A DNA stretch of 64,000 nt, from positions 8,184 through 72,183 of the forward strand of contig SUUR01000003.1 in the NCBI GenBank assembly GCA_015062435.1. The letters run 5' to 3'. Below the pieces are notes generated by a model. That model worked only from the letters and a program-made list of their open reading frames with translations. It searched no databases and was not told the origin of the DNA. This document shows positions 28,931-39,212 of the stretch, piece by piece. The stretch's first letter is position 1. Every line of letters starts with the position of its first letter. Position numbers and translations under genes: made by a program. The stretch comes from Alphaproteobacteria bacterium (GTDB lineage Bacteria; Pseudomonadota; Alphaproteobacteria; RF32; CAG-239).

Positions 28931-31453
28931 TTATCTTCTACTTTTTTTCTTTTGCATCACCATCACAGGCAACAAAGATTGCACTTTAGGGGATTGCACC
29001 GGTAATAAACATACACTATCTTTTCCCCATTCTTTTTGCAAATATGCAATTACTTCCGGTTTTGCGCATTCTGGCACATTCCATTTCACATCTTTTTTAA
29101 AATGTTTTGGTCCCCCATAAAGAACCCCTATCCCCCAGCCACCATTAAAAGCCCTAATATTTTCCACACTGGCCGGTAATCTGACTTCTTTTATATCTTC
29201 CGTAATAAGGTTAATATGCAAATCTTTTAATTTATGACAATTACTCAAATCAAGCACTTCTAATTTACCAATATTACCGCTTAAAAACAATTTTTCAATA
29301 CTATTCGGTAATCTCAACTGTTTATATGAACTCATTGAAAATTTAAGTGTTAAATCTTTTAAATTAACCAAATTACTCATATCAAACATATTATATTCAT
29401 TATGATAAAGCTGAATTTCATTTATATCTTGAGCCGGTTTTTCAATAAATATATTTAGATAGTGATTATACTTTAAACGTTCTATTGATGTCGGTATACT
29501 AGAAATTGGAACCAGACTACACACTAATGCTTTTAAATTACTAAAATGTGAAAATAGTCGATAGTCATCATTTAAACAATAAAACTCTTCAACAGTATCC
29601 AAATTTATATAAGACAACCACTTATAAACATCTGTACCTCCAATGTTCAAACTTTTAACCTTATGAGCTCCTTCAATAACATCCGGAAACTTACAATTTA
29701 CTTTTAAATATTCAATCTCGTCAGCAAATCTCACACTATTTGGAATAGAACTAAAAGAAGATAAATCAACATATTTCAAATCTGAAAAATCACAATGTTC
29801 TCCTATAATTCTATTACCTTCAGCTTTTAAATTATCACCCTTAAAATTTATAATTTTTTTAGCTACATTTTCATACATGTTTGATCGATCAATTCTATAA
29901 TTAATCTCCGGACTAAAAACAAAATCATCAGGCAGTTCTGCACCCATAATACAAATTTTATCAAAATTTATATTATTTATATCAACACACACTTTACCAT
30001 AAATATGAAGACTGGATATTTTTAAAGAATCTGCTATATCTAAGTTTATCTTTATCTGATTATCACTATTTAAACATAACATATCCAAAGTTTTGTTACC
30101 TCCAAGTCTGATGGTTTCATCTCCGGTAGGCGTCAAATATAAATTTTTCAGCTTATCAAAATCTGAGAAATCCAAATTTGTACTTTCTTCAAGTTTTTTT
30201 ATAGTTAGACTGCTAACCGAACTAAAGTTTTTAAGCAACGAAATATCTTTATTTTTTATCGTTCCCAAAATTTCAACATTAGCTATTTTTAATTTACTGA
30301 AATCATAGTTCACTAAACTATCTGCCTCAACCACCAATCTAGGAATAACAAATTCCTCATCACCGCTGGCATTATGAATATCCAAATAACCGCCTTTACC
30401 ATCACGATAAATACCCAAAGAATTAAGTACATCATTTTTTATGCTATCATTTGTAACTAAATCAGTAATATTATCGTTCCCCATCAAACGTAACACCACA
30501 TCTCTGGCCGGCAAATTATAATCATATGCTACAATTGAATTACATGTCCCTCTTACTTGTTTTACGACCCCTTCATTATATTCAATGGTTACTACCGGTT
30601 TTAGCTCACCATCTTTGGTTAACTTACGTAAAGAATAAATTCCGCTTTTTCCTTTGCTAAGCAATTTATCATAACTACCGCCACCAACGCAATTATGAGC
30701 GGCACTGCCTTCATAATCTAGTGCTTCCGGTGTCTTGAGTCTGACTAGTATAACTTCGTTTTGCGGATATTCTTTGACAACTTCTAAATCACTTTTGCTC
30801 TCAGCAATAATTTCAGCTCTGGTTTTCTTACGTTTGTTTTGAGCATCAAAGAACTTATTTGCCTGATTAACAATCCCTCTCCAACCGCTTTCTTTATCAA
30901 AAAATTTATTAAAATAACTTTCCGAAATAACTTTCTCCGGATTTTGCACAATATAGGCCGAAACATAATCATAAATATGACGGGCATCTTGATATAAAAA
31001 TGAATCTTCAAATATTTTTGCATCAAAAATCAAATCACCGTTATCATCTTTTTTCATGCCGGAAAATTCATTTTCCATAAGTTCTTTAGTCAAATATTTA
31101 CGCAAAATTTTTAGAGTACATAAAGTTGCTTTCGTTTCATCAGAAAGCATCGCAAATCTTGTGGTTTGTGTCTTTTGTTTCAATCTTTTAAGTAATAATG
31201 TTTTATTTTCTTTAAGTTTCTTTATCTGTTCACTGATTTTACGCCTATCAGTTTCTTGCTTCATTTCTTGGCGCAGGAAATTAATTTTAGCCGTTATAAC
31301 CGCAATTTCTTTTTGTTGTTTTTCTTTATATTCTCTTTGCTTTTTGCCACTTTGCACCATATCTTGCAAATACGCATCAACACTATTAGCGTTGTCGTTT
31401 ACAAATAAATTGCGCAAACAATCCAAATATTCTCTAAAATTAGTTATAATCAA
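28931..31453 (-). CDS. PcfJ-like domain protein fused to an N-terminal coiled coil and ~450 aa of C-terminal leucine-rich repeats
   Basis: 840 aa. EGSAAHNCVGGGSYDKLLSKGKSGIYSLR...VVTIEYNEGVVKQVRGTCN matches the PcfJ-type block. The C-terminal half has repeated LxxLxLxxN/C units. Confidence 0.6.
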   Translation of the reverse strand: MIITNFREYLDCLRNLFVNDNANSVDAYLQDMVQSGKKQREYKEKQQKEIAVITAKINFLRQEMKQETDRRKISEQIKKLKENKTLLLKRLKQKTQTTRFAMLSDETKATLCTLKILRKYLTKELMENEFSGMKKDDNGDLIFDAKIFEDSFLYQDARHIYDYVSAYIVQNPEKVISESYFNKFFDKESGWRGIVNQANKFFDAQNKRKKTRAEIIAESKSDLEVVKEYPQNEVILVRLKTPEALDYEGSAAHNCVGGGSYDKLLSKGKSGIYSLRKLTKDGELKPVVTIEYNEGVVKQVRGTCNSIVAYDYNLPARDVVLRLMGNDNITDLVTNDSIKNDVLNSLGIYRDGKGGYLDIHNASGDEEFVIPRLVVEADSLVNYDFSKLKIANVEILGTIKNKDISLLKNFSSVSSLTIKKLEESTNLDFSDFDKLKNLYLTPTGDETIRLGGNKTLDMLCLNSDNQIKINLDIADSLKISSLHIYGKVCVDINNINFDKICIMGAELPDDFVFSPEINYRIDRSNMYENVAKKIINFKGDNLKAEGNRIIGEHCDFSDLKYVDLSSFSSIPNSVRFADEIEYLKVNCKFPDVIEGAHKVKSLNIGGTDVYKWLSYINLDTVEEFYCLNDDYRLFSHFSNLKALVCSLVPISSIPTSIERLKYNHYLNIFIEKPAQDINEIQLYHNEYNMFDMSNLVNLKDLTLKFSMSSYKQLRLPNSIEKLFLSGNIGKLEVLDLSNCHKLKDLHINLITEDIKEVRLPASVENIRAFNGGWGIGVLYGGPKHFKKDVKWNVPECAKPEVIAYLQKEWGKDSVCLLPVQSPKVQSLLPVMVMQKKKSRR

Positions 31454-31537
31454 GGTGGCAAGTCCTTTTTATACAAAACTTGCCACAATGTATCATATTC
31501 TCAATTAATATTCAAGCTATTTTTGACAAAATTTTCA

Positions 31538-32959
31538 CTAAAGGTAAAAATCTCTTTTCCCGTTTTCAATCTCAGTCAAATGCTTAGCTACAAATTCCCG
31601 AACTTTTTCTTTAGGAATGTTCCCCAGTTCAGATTGAATTAAAATTTGCCCCAACTCTTTTGTCTGTTCAGAAGCATAATCAACCAGATACTCTTTTAAA
31701 GTCATTAAAGCATTCGGATGGCAACAATTTTGAATTTGCTTAGACTTACAAAGCTCCATAAATCTATCACCGGTACGTCCTTCCCGATAACAAGCCGTAC
31801 AAAAACTGGGTACATACCCCATCTTCATCAGCCAATATATAATTTCATCAAGAGTTCTGTTATCACTCACATCAAATTGAGCCGAATTCTCATCTTCCGG
31901 CTCCGGATGAGCATATCCTCCCACACTGGTCTTTGATGCACCGCTAATCTGAGAAACTCCTAAGTGTAAAGCACGCTCCCTAACCTTAGGACTTTCTCTG
32001 GTTGATATTATCATTCCGGTATAAGGCACAGCAATTCTTATACACGCAATAATCTTGGCAAATGTATCGTCATCTATACCATTATCAAAAGAATTAGGGT
32101 CTATTCCTTCTGCTTTTTTTATTCTCGGCACACTGATTGTGTGAGGACCAACGCCGAAAACAGCTTCCAAGTGTTCGGCATGCATCAGTTGTCCCACAAA
32201 TTCATAACGATAAGATTCAAGCCCGTAAAGCACACCCAAACCCACATCATCAATACCACCTTCCATAGCTCTATCCATAGCCTCTGTATGCCATGCGTAA
32301 TTATGCTTAGGACCTGTTGGGTGTAACTTTTCATAAGATTCTTTATTATAAGTTTCCTGAAATAAAATATATGTACCTATACCGGCATCTTTTAATTTTT
32401 TATAATTTTCAACGGTAGTTGCTGCAATATTTACATTAACTCGGCGAATTGCTCCGTTTTTATGTTGAATTGAATAAATTGTTTTTATTGAATCCAATAT
32501 ATATTCAATCGGATTATTAATCGGATCTTCACCTGCCTCCAAAGCCAACCGCTTATGACCCATATCTTGCAATGCAATAACTTCTTGTCTGATTTCATCT
32601 TGGCTCATTTTTTTGCGAGCTATCTTTTTATTTTTGGCATGATACGGACAATACACACAACCGTTCACACAATAATTAGAAAGATAAAGTGGCGCAAACA
32701 ATACTATTCGGTTTCCGTAAAAATCTTTCTTAATTTGTTCAGCCAAAGCAAAAATCCGCTGATTTCGTTCTTTATCTTGGCAATCGAGCAATAACAAAGC
32801 CTCTCTATGCGACAAACCTTTTCGTTGTTCGGCTTTTTCCAATATTTCATCAATTAATTGTAAATTATTTTTATTATCATCAGCGTATGCTAAACTATCT
32901 AAAATTTCCTGATGACAAATAAATTCTTCAGCTTTTGCTGATTTTGGATTATAAACCAT
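31538..32959 (-). CDS. hydG: [FeFe]-hydrogenase H-cluster radical SAM maturase HydG
   Basis: Radical SAM motif CVNGCVYC plus the HydG-type C-terminal Cys motif (CTACYREGRTGDRF...CC). ATG at 32959 follows TAAGGAGGA; the tracked TTG at 33004 is rejected. Confidence 0.85.
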   Translation of the reverse strand: MVYNPKSAKAEEFICHQEILDSLAYADDNKNNLQLIDEILEKAEQRKGLSHREALLLLDCQDKERNQRIFALAEQIKKDFYGNRIVLFAPLYLSNYCVNGCVYCPYHAKNKKIARKKMSQDEIRQEVIALQDMGHKRLALEAGEDPINNPIEYILDSIKTIYSIQHKNGAIRRVNVNIAATTVENYKKLKDAGIGTYILFQETYNKESYEKLHPTGPKHNYAWHTEAMDRAMEGGIDDVGLGVLYGLESYRYEFVGQLMHAEHLEAVFGVGPHTISVPRIKKAEGIDPNSFDNGIDDDTFAKIIACIRIAVPYTGMIISTRESPKVRERALHLGVSQISGASKTSVGGYAHPEPEDENSAQFDVSDNRTLDEIIYWLMKMGYVPSFCTACYREGRTGDRFMELCKSKQIQNCCHPNALMTLKEYLVDYASEQTKELGQILIQSELGNIPKEKVREFVAKHLTEIENGKRDFYL

Positions 32960-33011
32960 AAAGTCCTCCTTATGGGGCAGATTTCTCTTTCCCGTCAGTT
33001 TCAAACAAAAA

Positions 33012-33260
33012 TTAAATACAAGACGAATATGCCGTCTTTACGGTTACATTTGGCAAATTACCGATTTTACCGCTCATTGCACTGATTACATCATGCGGAG
33101 CATCTATTGCCACACTAATGATATTAACCTTTTTTGCTTTATAAGGTATTCCCATTCGACCGATAATATAATCTCCGAATTGATGCAATATTGCATTAAT
33201 TTCTTCGGCAGAATCTCTATTCTCTGCAATAATCGCCACAACTGCAACTTTATTTTCCAT
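33012..33260 (-). CDS. TM1266-family iron-only hydrogenase system regulator
   Basis: 82 aa from the ATG at 33260 (SD GGAG). VAVVAIIAENRDSAEEINAILHQFGDYIIGRMGIPYK...VISAMSGKIGNLPNVTVKT matches the family pattern. Confidence 0.8.
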   Translation of the reverse strand: MENKVAVVAIIAENRDSAEEINAILHQFGDYIIGRMGIPYKAKKVNIISVAIDAPHDVISAMSGKIGNLPNVTVKTAYSSCI

Positions 33261-33323
33261 ATTTATTCTCCAACAGATTAAATACGCATTTAATCTAATG
33301 TCTTTTGCTCCAAAAAACAAGTA

Positions 33324-33752
33324 TTAACTTCTTTGTGCATAATATTTTGCCCGTCCTTCATTTGCCAACAAATCAGCCATTCTGTTTCCCATCGGATGAA
33401 TTTGAAAAACATGTTGATGAGCTTTTATTTTTTCTAAAGAAACACCCTGTTTTCTGATTTTATAAGCCCAATATTCACAATATTTATGGTTCAAAAATTG
33501 CTCTTTGGTTCGAGGCTTATCTTTTATAACATTATTAACATATAGCATTGCTACTTGTGAATCTGTATAAATAATCCCCTTACCCTCACTCAAAATACTT
33601 GCCAAATAAATCGCAAAAAGCTCGCCTTCATTATTTGTGCGAGCTTTAATCCAGTTAGAAAAAGTTCTTCTTTTTTGCCCATCTATAATTGTTATTCCTA
33701 TGCCGGCAATTTTAGTTTTTTCATCAAAACTTGAATCACAATACACTTTCAT
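33324..33752 (-). CDS. RNase H type-1-like protein
   Basis: 142 aa from the ATG at 33752 (SD AGGAGG). Candidate DEDD residues: CDSSFD, NNEGELFAI, YTDSQ, NRMADLLAN. Confidence 0.65.
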   Translation of the reverse strand: MKVYCDSSFDEKTKIAGIGITIIDGQKRRTFSNWIKARTNNEGELFAIYLASILSEGKGIIYTDSQVAMLYVNNVIKDKPRTKEQFLNHKYCEYWAYKIRKQGVSLEKIKAHQHVFQIHPMGNRMADLLANEGRAKYYAQRS

Positions 33753-33858
33753 CTGCGTGCCTCCTATCCTTGTGGGATAAAAACAAAGTACAAAGACTGG
33801 TCCGCTCACAGTTCAAATTTATATCAATGAATTAATTTACTTTTATTAAAATTCAATA

Positions 33859-34959
33859 TCAACAATCGTTTAGGGGGAGCTTCACTTCAAAAGCGCAATA
33901 CTCACCATATTTAGAGCGTAATCTTATTTTTCCTCGCAAAACATTTACTATCCGAAGTACTATTCCTAATCCTAAACCGATACCGTTATCATCTCTTTTC
34001 ACTTGATAAAAATCATTAAAAACTTTATTTTGCTCGCATTTGTCAATTCCTTGTCCATCATCAATAATCCATATTTTTATATAATTATTTTTCTTTAATG
34101 TACTGATAAGCACTTTATTTTTTGCAAACTTAAATGCATTATTAACCAAATTCCTGACAACCCGTTCTACCAAAACCTCATCATTACAAATACTTAAAAC
34201 CCTATTTCTACACTCAACCTTAATATTTTCAAAACAATGATATTCCACACAAATTCTGCAAATTAATTGTTGCAAACAAAATTCACCAATTTCCGGTTTT
34301 ATTCCTCCACTATCTAATTTGGAAATATCCAAAAAGTTATTTAATAATTCTCGCAATCTAGATACAGATACTTGTATTTTTTTTGCCACTTTTTTTTGAC
34401 TGATAGTCAAATCATCATCAGCCAATGCGTCTGCAAATAATTGAATAGCTTGCAACGGTTGACGCAAATCATGAGTAGCTTGAGCCAAAAAATAATCTCT
34501 ATCTGCAACAGCTTTTACCGCTTGTTCATGTGCTATCTCTAACTTTTTTTCTCTTTCAATCAAATCTGATATATCTTGAAATGTTCCGACAATTCGCGGT
34601 TTTCCTTTCACAAACAACCTATCAGCTCTAAAGTGACAATCCACTACCCTGTTATCTTTAGCTAACAACCGCACTCTTCCTTCAACCGGTTCAAAGCCAA
34701 TTAAAAGTTGTCTTAATTTTTCCTTATACAAAGGTAAATCCGTTGGAAACAACATCTCTTTAATTAAATTTCGATGATTTATATTTTTTTGTAATTGTAC
34801 CCCGAAAATCCTATACATTTCCTTAGACCAGTAAAATTTCTTTTGTTCTAAATCCAATTCCCAATAGCCGATTTTAGCCGTTCGTTCAGCAAAATCCAAA
34901 CGACGTTGCATCTGAGAAATTTTACTTAATAAATTTTGAATATATTTATCTTTTTCCAT
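33859..34959 (-). CDS. PAS-domain sensor histidine kinase (cytoplasmic)
   Basis: 366 aa. PAS-like N-terminus, H-box ATHDLRQPL, N-box NLVNNAFKF and G-box DDGQGI...GIGLGL. No response regulator gene is adjacent. Confidence 0.8.
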   Translation of the reverse strand: MEKDKYIQNLLSKISQMQRRLDFAERTAKIGYWELDLEQKKFYWSKEMYRIFGVQLQKNINHRNLIKEMLFPTDLPLYKEKLRQLLIGFEPVEGRVRLLAKDNRVVDCHFRADRLFVKGKPRIVGTFQDISDLIEREKKLEIAHEQAVKAVADRDYFLAQATHDLRQPLQAIQLFADALADDDLTISQKKVAKKIQVSVSRLRELLNNFLDISKLDSGGIKPEIGEFCLQQLICRICVEYHCFENIKVECRNRVLSICNDEVLVERVVRNLVNNAFKFAKNKVLISTLKKNNYIKIWIIDDGQGIDKCEQNKVFNDFYQVKRDDNGIGLGLGIVLRIVNVLRGKIRLRSKYGEYCAFEVKLPLNDC

Positions 34960-34968
34960 TTACAAAAC

Positions 34969-35919
34969 TTATATTAAAGGAACATTAAACAATTCCTCTC
35001 CTATTTCATTGGGCAATTTAAATACCCAACCATCATAAAAGAGTTTGTTTGCCTTAATATAAGCATTAACAGTTTGTTTTGGTAGAGGGGTGGTTTTTAA
35101 ATCTATAATCATAAAATATTCATTACCATCGGTATAAATATCATAACTTACAATCAACCCGCCATACATTGAAAAAGTTATTTGCCTGTGTTCAGGATAG
35201 TTATTATTATCAAAATTATTTATTTTCAACACATTTTCCGCAACAATATAACTTGCTGTATCCAATATCGGCACCAAAGGCACCGGAAAATCTTTTTCAT
35301 CAGTAAACAAGGCTTTTGAATTGGTTCTGGATATTGTAATATTATTACTAGTGATTGATTTTACGATATCTTTAGGAAATTCCAAAACGGGTTGCATAAT
35401 CCAAGAATAAAATTCTCTAGGCAACAAGAATACTCCATCAACCATCCATATTTCATTTTTATGAGCAGGTCTTATATACCAAAATTCTTTTGAATCTGTA
35501 CGTTTTCCGACAATAACATCATCTAATTTTTTACCTTTTGCATAAGTTTTCACTCTGACTCCGTTTGTTCCCAAATCAAGTTCTTCAGCCAATTGTTTGG
35601 AATAATCTCTTTGCGCATAATAAGTTGCATTATTCAAATTCAATAAAATATTATTGAGCAAAATAACATTAATGTGATATCCGTCAGCTTCTTTTACATG
35701 CCAATATTTATCATCATGTTCCAAAGTAACAGTACCAGCATCTGATATAACTTCTATCTTGTCAAAATTTTCACCATTATTAAAACTATTGGCAAATACC
35801 AACTTTCCGTAAGATTGTGTCGGAAAACGCCAATTTGTAAAAATCAAAGCAATTATCAACAACAAAAATCCGATAATTACACATAATTTTGCAGCTTTTA
35901 TAATCTTATCAGCCTTCAT
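34969..35919 (-). CDS. DUF4340-like protein, accessory to a GldG-type ABC system
   Basis: 316 aa. N-terminal TM anchor. Lies downstream of and overlaps the gldG-like gene. Confidence 0.5.
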   Translation of the reverse strand: MKADKIIKAAKLCVIIGFLLLIIALIFTNWRFPTQSYGKLVFANSFNNGENFDKIEVISDAGTVTLEHDDKYWHVKEADGYHINVILLNNILLNLNNATYYAQRDYSKQLAEELDLGTNGVRVKTYAKGKKLDDVIVGKRTDSKEFWYIRPAHKNEIWMVDGVFLLPREFYSWIMQPVLEFPKDIVKSITSNNITISRTNSKALFTDEKDFPVPLVPILDTASYIVAENVLKINNFDNNNYPEHRQITFSMYGGLIVSYDIYTDGNEYFMIIDLKTTPLPKQTVNAYIKANKLFYDGWVFKLPNEIGEELFNVPLI

Positions 35920-37744
35920 AAGCCATCATCTCCGCTTGCTTATATTTACGTTTATTATGCCTGTTCATTACAATCATCATTACTATTAAAAAGCCTATCG
36001 GAAGCATAAAATTAATCAACACCCATACTCCCCAAAATATTTTATACAATAATTTGATATTATACTTATTTTTTTCTTGTTTTTTTTGTAATTCATATTG
36101 TTTTCTTTGCAAATCTTCAATATCCCTAACCACTTTAACGGATGGAATATTTCCTTGCTCTTTAACCATCTGATTTATTTCTGTTTGTTTGGCTTTTACT
36201 TCTGCCAAATCATTATTAATCTTTAGGGATTTATTCTGATAGATTCTCTCTGCCAAATTATACAAAGCAGCATCTAAAGTCCAAACATTGATTTTATCCT
36301 GTTTAACCGGAGGCAACATCACATCTTTATTGCTCAAATACCTTAATGCACGTTCTACAAACATTAAGTTTCCGCTATACGGAATAAAGTTATACACTTC
36401 CTGATATTTTTCATCATTTGCATTCCAAAGTTTGGAATTAAGCATATCACTGTCAGAAACAACAATCAATTTACTGGGATTAATAGATATACTTCTAAAT
36501 GCATATTTTCCACTGATATAATCTTTAGTCATTAAATACGGTTTTTGATAAGCGGAAACGAATATACCTTCAGCTAAAACCGCAACCGGCAATCTCATAT
36601 CTGTTTCTTTTATATTTTTAGAAACCATGTTTAACGAAGTTCCTAATACATCTTCGATAAATGCAATTCCACTGCTATTTGAAGTCATTAACAAATTATA
36701 CTGATTGATCTTTTCTTTGGGCTCCAACTCTATAAAACCGGCAGTATTTAGCAAAACATTATTAATACCGTCTACAACCTGATGATTATTTTGAGAATAC
36801 ACATTAATCCAAAACGGATATTTTTCTTTATTTTTATTTTTTGAATTAATATATCGATTATACATCATATCGGCAGCAACAAAATTTCTGTCTATTGTGA
36901 TACCTGCTTTTTTTAATATTTTTTCCAAACCGTTTGGAGCAATCATCAGATTATCATTCATCAAAGCAATTTCTGATATCGGATCAACAAATACCAACAA
37001 ATTTCCGCCTCTAATTAAATACTGATCTATTGCATAATTTGTTAAATTTGTAATACTTTTAGGGTTAACAATCATCAAAACATCTATATCATCAGAAATA
37101 ATTGCAATATCATTATTAACAAATTTAAATTCAAAGTCATCTTTTAGAGCTTCTATAACCGGCCAATCAGGTTGAGTACTAAATATATCATCAGGTGCTT
37201 TTACACTAACTTCCGAAGACATGACACCGACTATGGGCTTTTGTTTTTGGTCTAACCTTTTCAATAACTTTGTTATATCATATTCCAAATAATCTTCACG
37301 AAGCGGATTCAAAAAAGGTATCGTTCCGAAATTTCCGTCTTCATTAGTAGCAACCAAACCAAACCAAACTTCAGTTTCTTTTCCGGCAATACCAAACTTA
37401 TCAGCTTCCGCAGCTTTATCTGACAGAGGAGCAACTTCAATTATTTTAATACTTAATTTATTACCTGATTCTAACTGATATTTCTCCAACAACCTGACAA
37501 CATCAACAGCATAATTTTTCAGTATATTATAATTTTTCCAATCTTGACTAACAAAAAGGCGTAAATATACATTTTTTTTATTATTTTTTAACCAATTTTT
37601 TGTTTCTTCACTGATACTGAATTTTTTATTATTACTCATATCAGCCATTAATGGTCTTGTTAACAGCGTAATAGCAACATTCACAGAAACAAAAGCCACA
37701 AACAGGCAAAGACAAAACAATCGGAACTGAGATTTTTTCAACAT
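35909..37744 (-). CDS. GldG-like ABC-transporter auxiliary component
   Basis: 611 aa. N- and C-terminal TM anchors with a large periplasmic domain. Position follows the ABC-2 permease. Confidence 0.6.
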   Translation of the reverse strand: MLKKSQFRLFCLCLFVAFVSVNVAITLLTRPLMADMSNNKKFSISEETKNWLKNNKKNVYLRLFVSQDWKNYNILKNYAVDVVRLLEKYQLESGNKLSIKIIEVAPLSDKAAEADKFGIAGKETEVWFGLVATNEDGNFGTIPFLNPLREDYLEYDITKLLKRLDQKQKPIVGVMSSEVSVKAPDDIFSTQPDWPVIEALKDDFEFKFVNNDIAIISDDIDVLMIVNPKSITNLTNYAIDQYLIRGGNLLVFVDPISEIALMNDNLMIAPNGLEKILKKAGITIDRNFVAADMMYNRYINSKNKNKEKYPFWINVYSQNNHQVVDGINNVLLNTAGFIELEPKEKINQYNLLMTSNSSGIAFIEDVLGTSLNMVSKNIKETDMRLPVAVLAEGIFVSAYQKPYLMTKDYISGKYAFRSISINPSKLIVVSDSDMLNSKLWNANDEKYQEVYNFIPYSGNLMFVERALRYLSNKDVMLPPVKQDKINVWTLDAALYNLAERIYQNKSLKINNDLAEVKAKQTEINQMVKEQGNIPSVKVVRDIEDLQRKQYELQKKQEKNKYNIKLLYKIFWGVWVLINFMLPIGFLIVMMIVMNRHNKRKYKQAEMMAYEG

Positions 37745-37745
37745 T

Positions 37746-38474
37746 TTATTTTCTCCGCCAACCTATCGCAACAATATTAACCCAAAGAGCCGATATTATT
37801 ATGGTTAAAAAATAACAAATTGCCCCCACTGATATCCTTCCGGCAATTAAATTTAGAAAATTAAGTCTGAAACTTAAACTTTCACCGATTAGAATTAGTA
37901 TTTCTGCACTATATTTAACCGGTATCCAATCAGCAATATTAATAAACATCACAACCAAACAACTTGCTAAAGCAACCACATAAGCACTCACCGGCATATC
38001 TATATAAGCAGAAACCATCATGCTGATTGCACATAAACTACCACAGGCCAACCATAAGAAAATATAATTTAACAACACTGTACTATTGTTTACCCCACAA
38101 AACAAAGCATATAACAACCATGTTCCGAAAGTTGACAATATCATCAAACCGCACAATCCCCATATAGCTAAAAATTTAGCTAAAATTAATGATGTATATC
38201 CAACCGGTAAACTCATTGTTAACTCCAATGTTCCTTGTCTTCTTTCATCACTCCAAATTTTAATTGTGAGAGCCGGAATAATAAATGCAAACAAGATTAT
38301 TTGAGTCTTAAAAAAAGATAATAATTCCGGCTCGGCCAATTTACCGAAATCCGGATACGCAAACACCCCACATGTTAAGAACAGAGAATATACAATAAAT
38401 ATGAACCACACCATTCTGCTCAAAAAATAAGACCTGAATTCTTTAACAAAAACCGGATAAATATTTTCCAACAT
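37746..38474 (-). CDS. ABC-2 type transporter permease (GldF-like)
   Basis: 242 aa with 6 TM helices. Sits between the ATPase and the GldG-like gene. Confidence 0.65.
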   Translation of the reverse strand: MLENIYPVFVKEFRSYFLSRMVWFIFIVYSLFLTCGVFAYPDFGKLAEPELLSFFKTQIILFAFIIPALTIKIWSDERRQGTLELTMSLPVGYTSLILAKFLAIWGLCGLMILSTFGTWLLYALFCGVNNSTVLLNYIFLWLACGSLCAISMMVSAYIDMPVSAYVVALASCLVVMFINIADWIPVKYSAEILILIGESLSFRLNFLNLIAGRISVGAICYFLTIIISALWVNIVAIGWRRK

Positions 38475-38480
38475 ATTTCC

Positions 38481-39212
38481 TCACTTATCAAAAGTCATGG
38501 AACGAAAAGCTGTTTCAATATCATTGGCAGGAGTAAGACTCTTTAAGCCGTCGGGAGTTGTATCACAAAGCAACTTTCCGTGATTTAACAATAAAACTCT
38601 ATCAGCAAAAGCCTCTACTTCTTCCATAATATGAGTAGAAATCAATACTGTATGCAACCTTCCGTAATTATGTAAAAAATCTCTGATTAAAAATTTCTGA
38701 TTCGGATCAAGTCCCTCTGTCGGTTCATCAAGTATCAATATTTGCGGTCTGTGGATCAGCGCACCGGCCAAAGCCACTCTACGCTTAAAACCTTTAGATA
38801 ATTTATCACATTGCTTATTAACAACATTCTCCAACCTCAATTCTTTAATTAAAGAAACGAAATTATCCACAAAATTTTCATAACTTAAATGATGCAATTT
38901 TGCCATAAATTCCACATAACTCGCAACAGTCATTTCCGAATATAAAGCACCATTTTCCGGCACATAGGCAAATGATTTTAAAGCTTCGGTTCTATTTTCT
39001 GTAACAGATAAATTATTTATTAATACTTCACCATCATCAGGGGCATAATACCCGCTAAGCATTCTTAACAATGTTGTTTTTCCGGCTCCGTTAGGTCCCA
39101 ATAAAGCCGTAACCCCTTTTTCCAAACAAAAATTAATTCCCGACACGGCTTTAACATCGCCAAAAGCTTTTGATAATTTTTTTACAATCAGCATAATTCC
39201 TCTCATATGCAT
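38481..39212 (-). CDS. ABC transporter ATP-binding protein (GldA-like)
   Basis: Walker A GPNGAGKTT, signature LSKGFKRR and Walker B ILILDEP. The start may be the internal ATG at 39194. Confidence 0.85.
   Translation of the reverse strand: MHMRGIMLIVKKLSKAFGDVKAVSGINFCLEKGVTALLGPNGAGKTTLLRMLSGYYAPDDGEVLINNLSVTENRTEALKSFAYVPENGALYSEMTVASYVEFMAKLHHLSYENFVDNFVSLIKELRLENVVNKQCDKLSKGFKRRVALAGALIHRPQILILDEPTEGLDPNQKFLIRDFLHNYGRLHTVLISTHIMEEVEAFADRVLLLNHGKLLCDTTPDGLKSLTPANDIETAFRSMTFDK

Noticed and set aside
32960-33004. TTG- or alternative-start N-terminal extensions of hydG. The same applies to the TM1266 regulator (33261-33320), RNase H-like gene (33753-33809), pip (19951-19962), GT-like gene (57493-57588), the 175-aa gene (58145-58252) and tnp (62049-62102).
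   Set aside because: In each case an internal ATG is preceded by a clear Shine-Dalgarno sequence and gives the expected family N-terminus. The GT-like extension also runs through a terminator hairpin.
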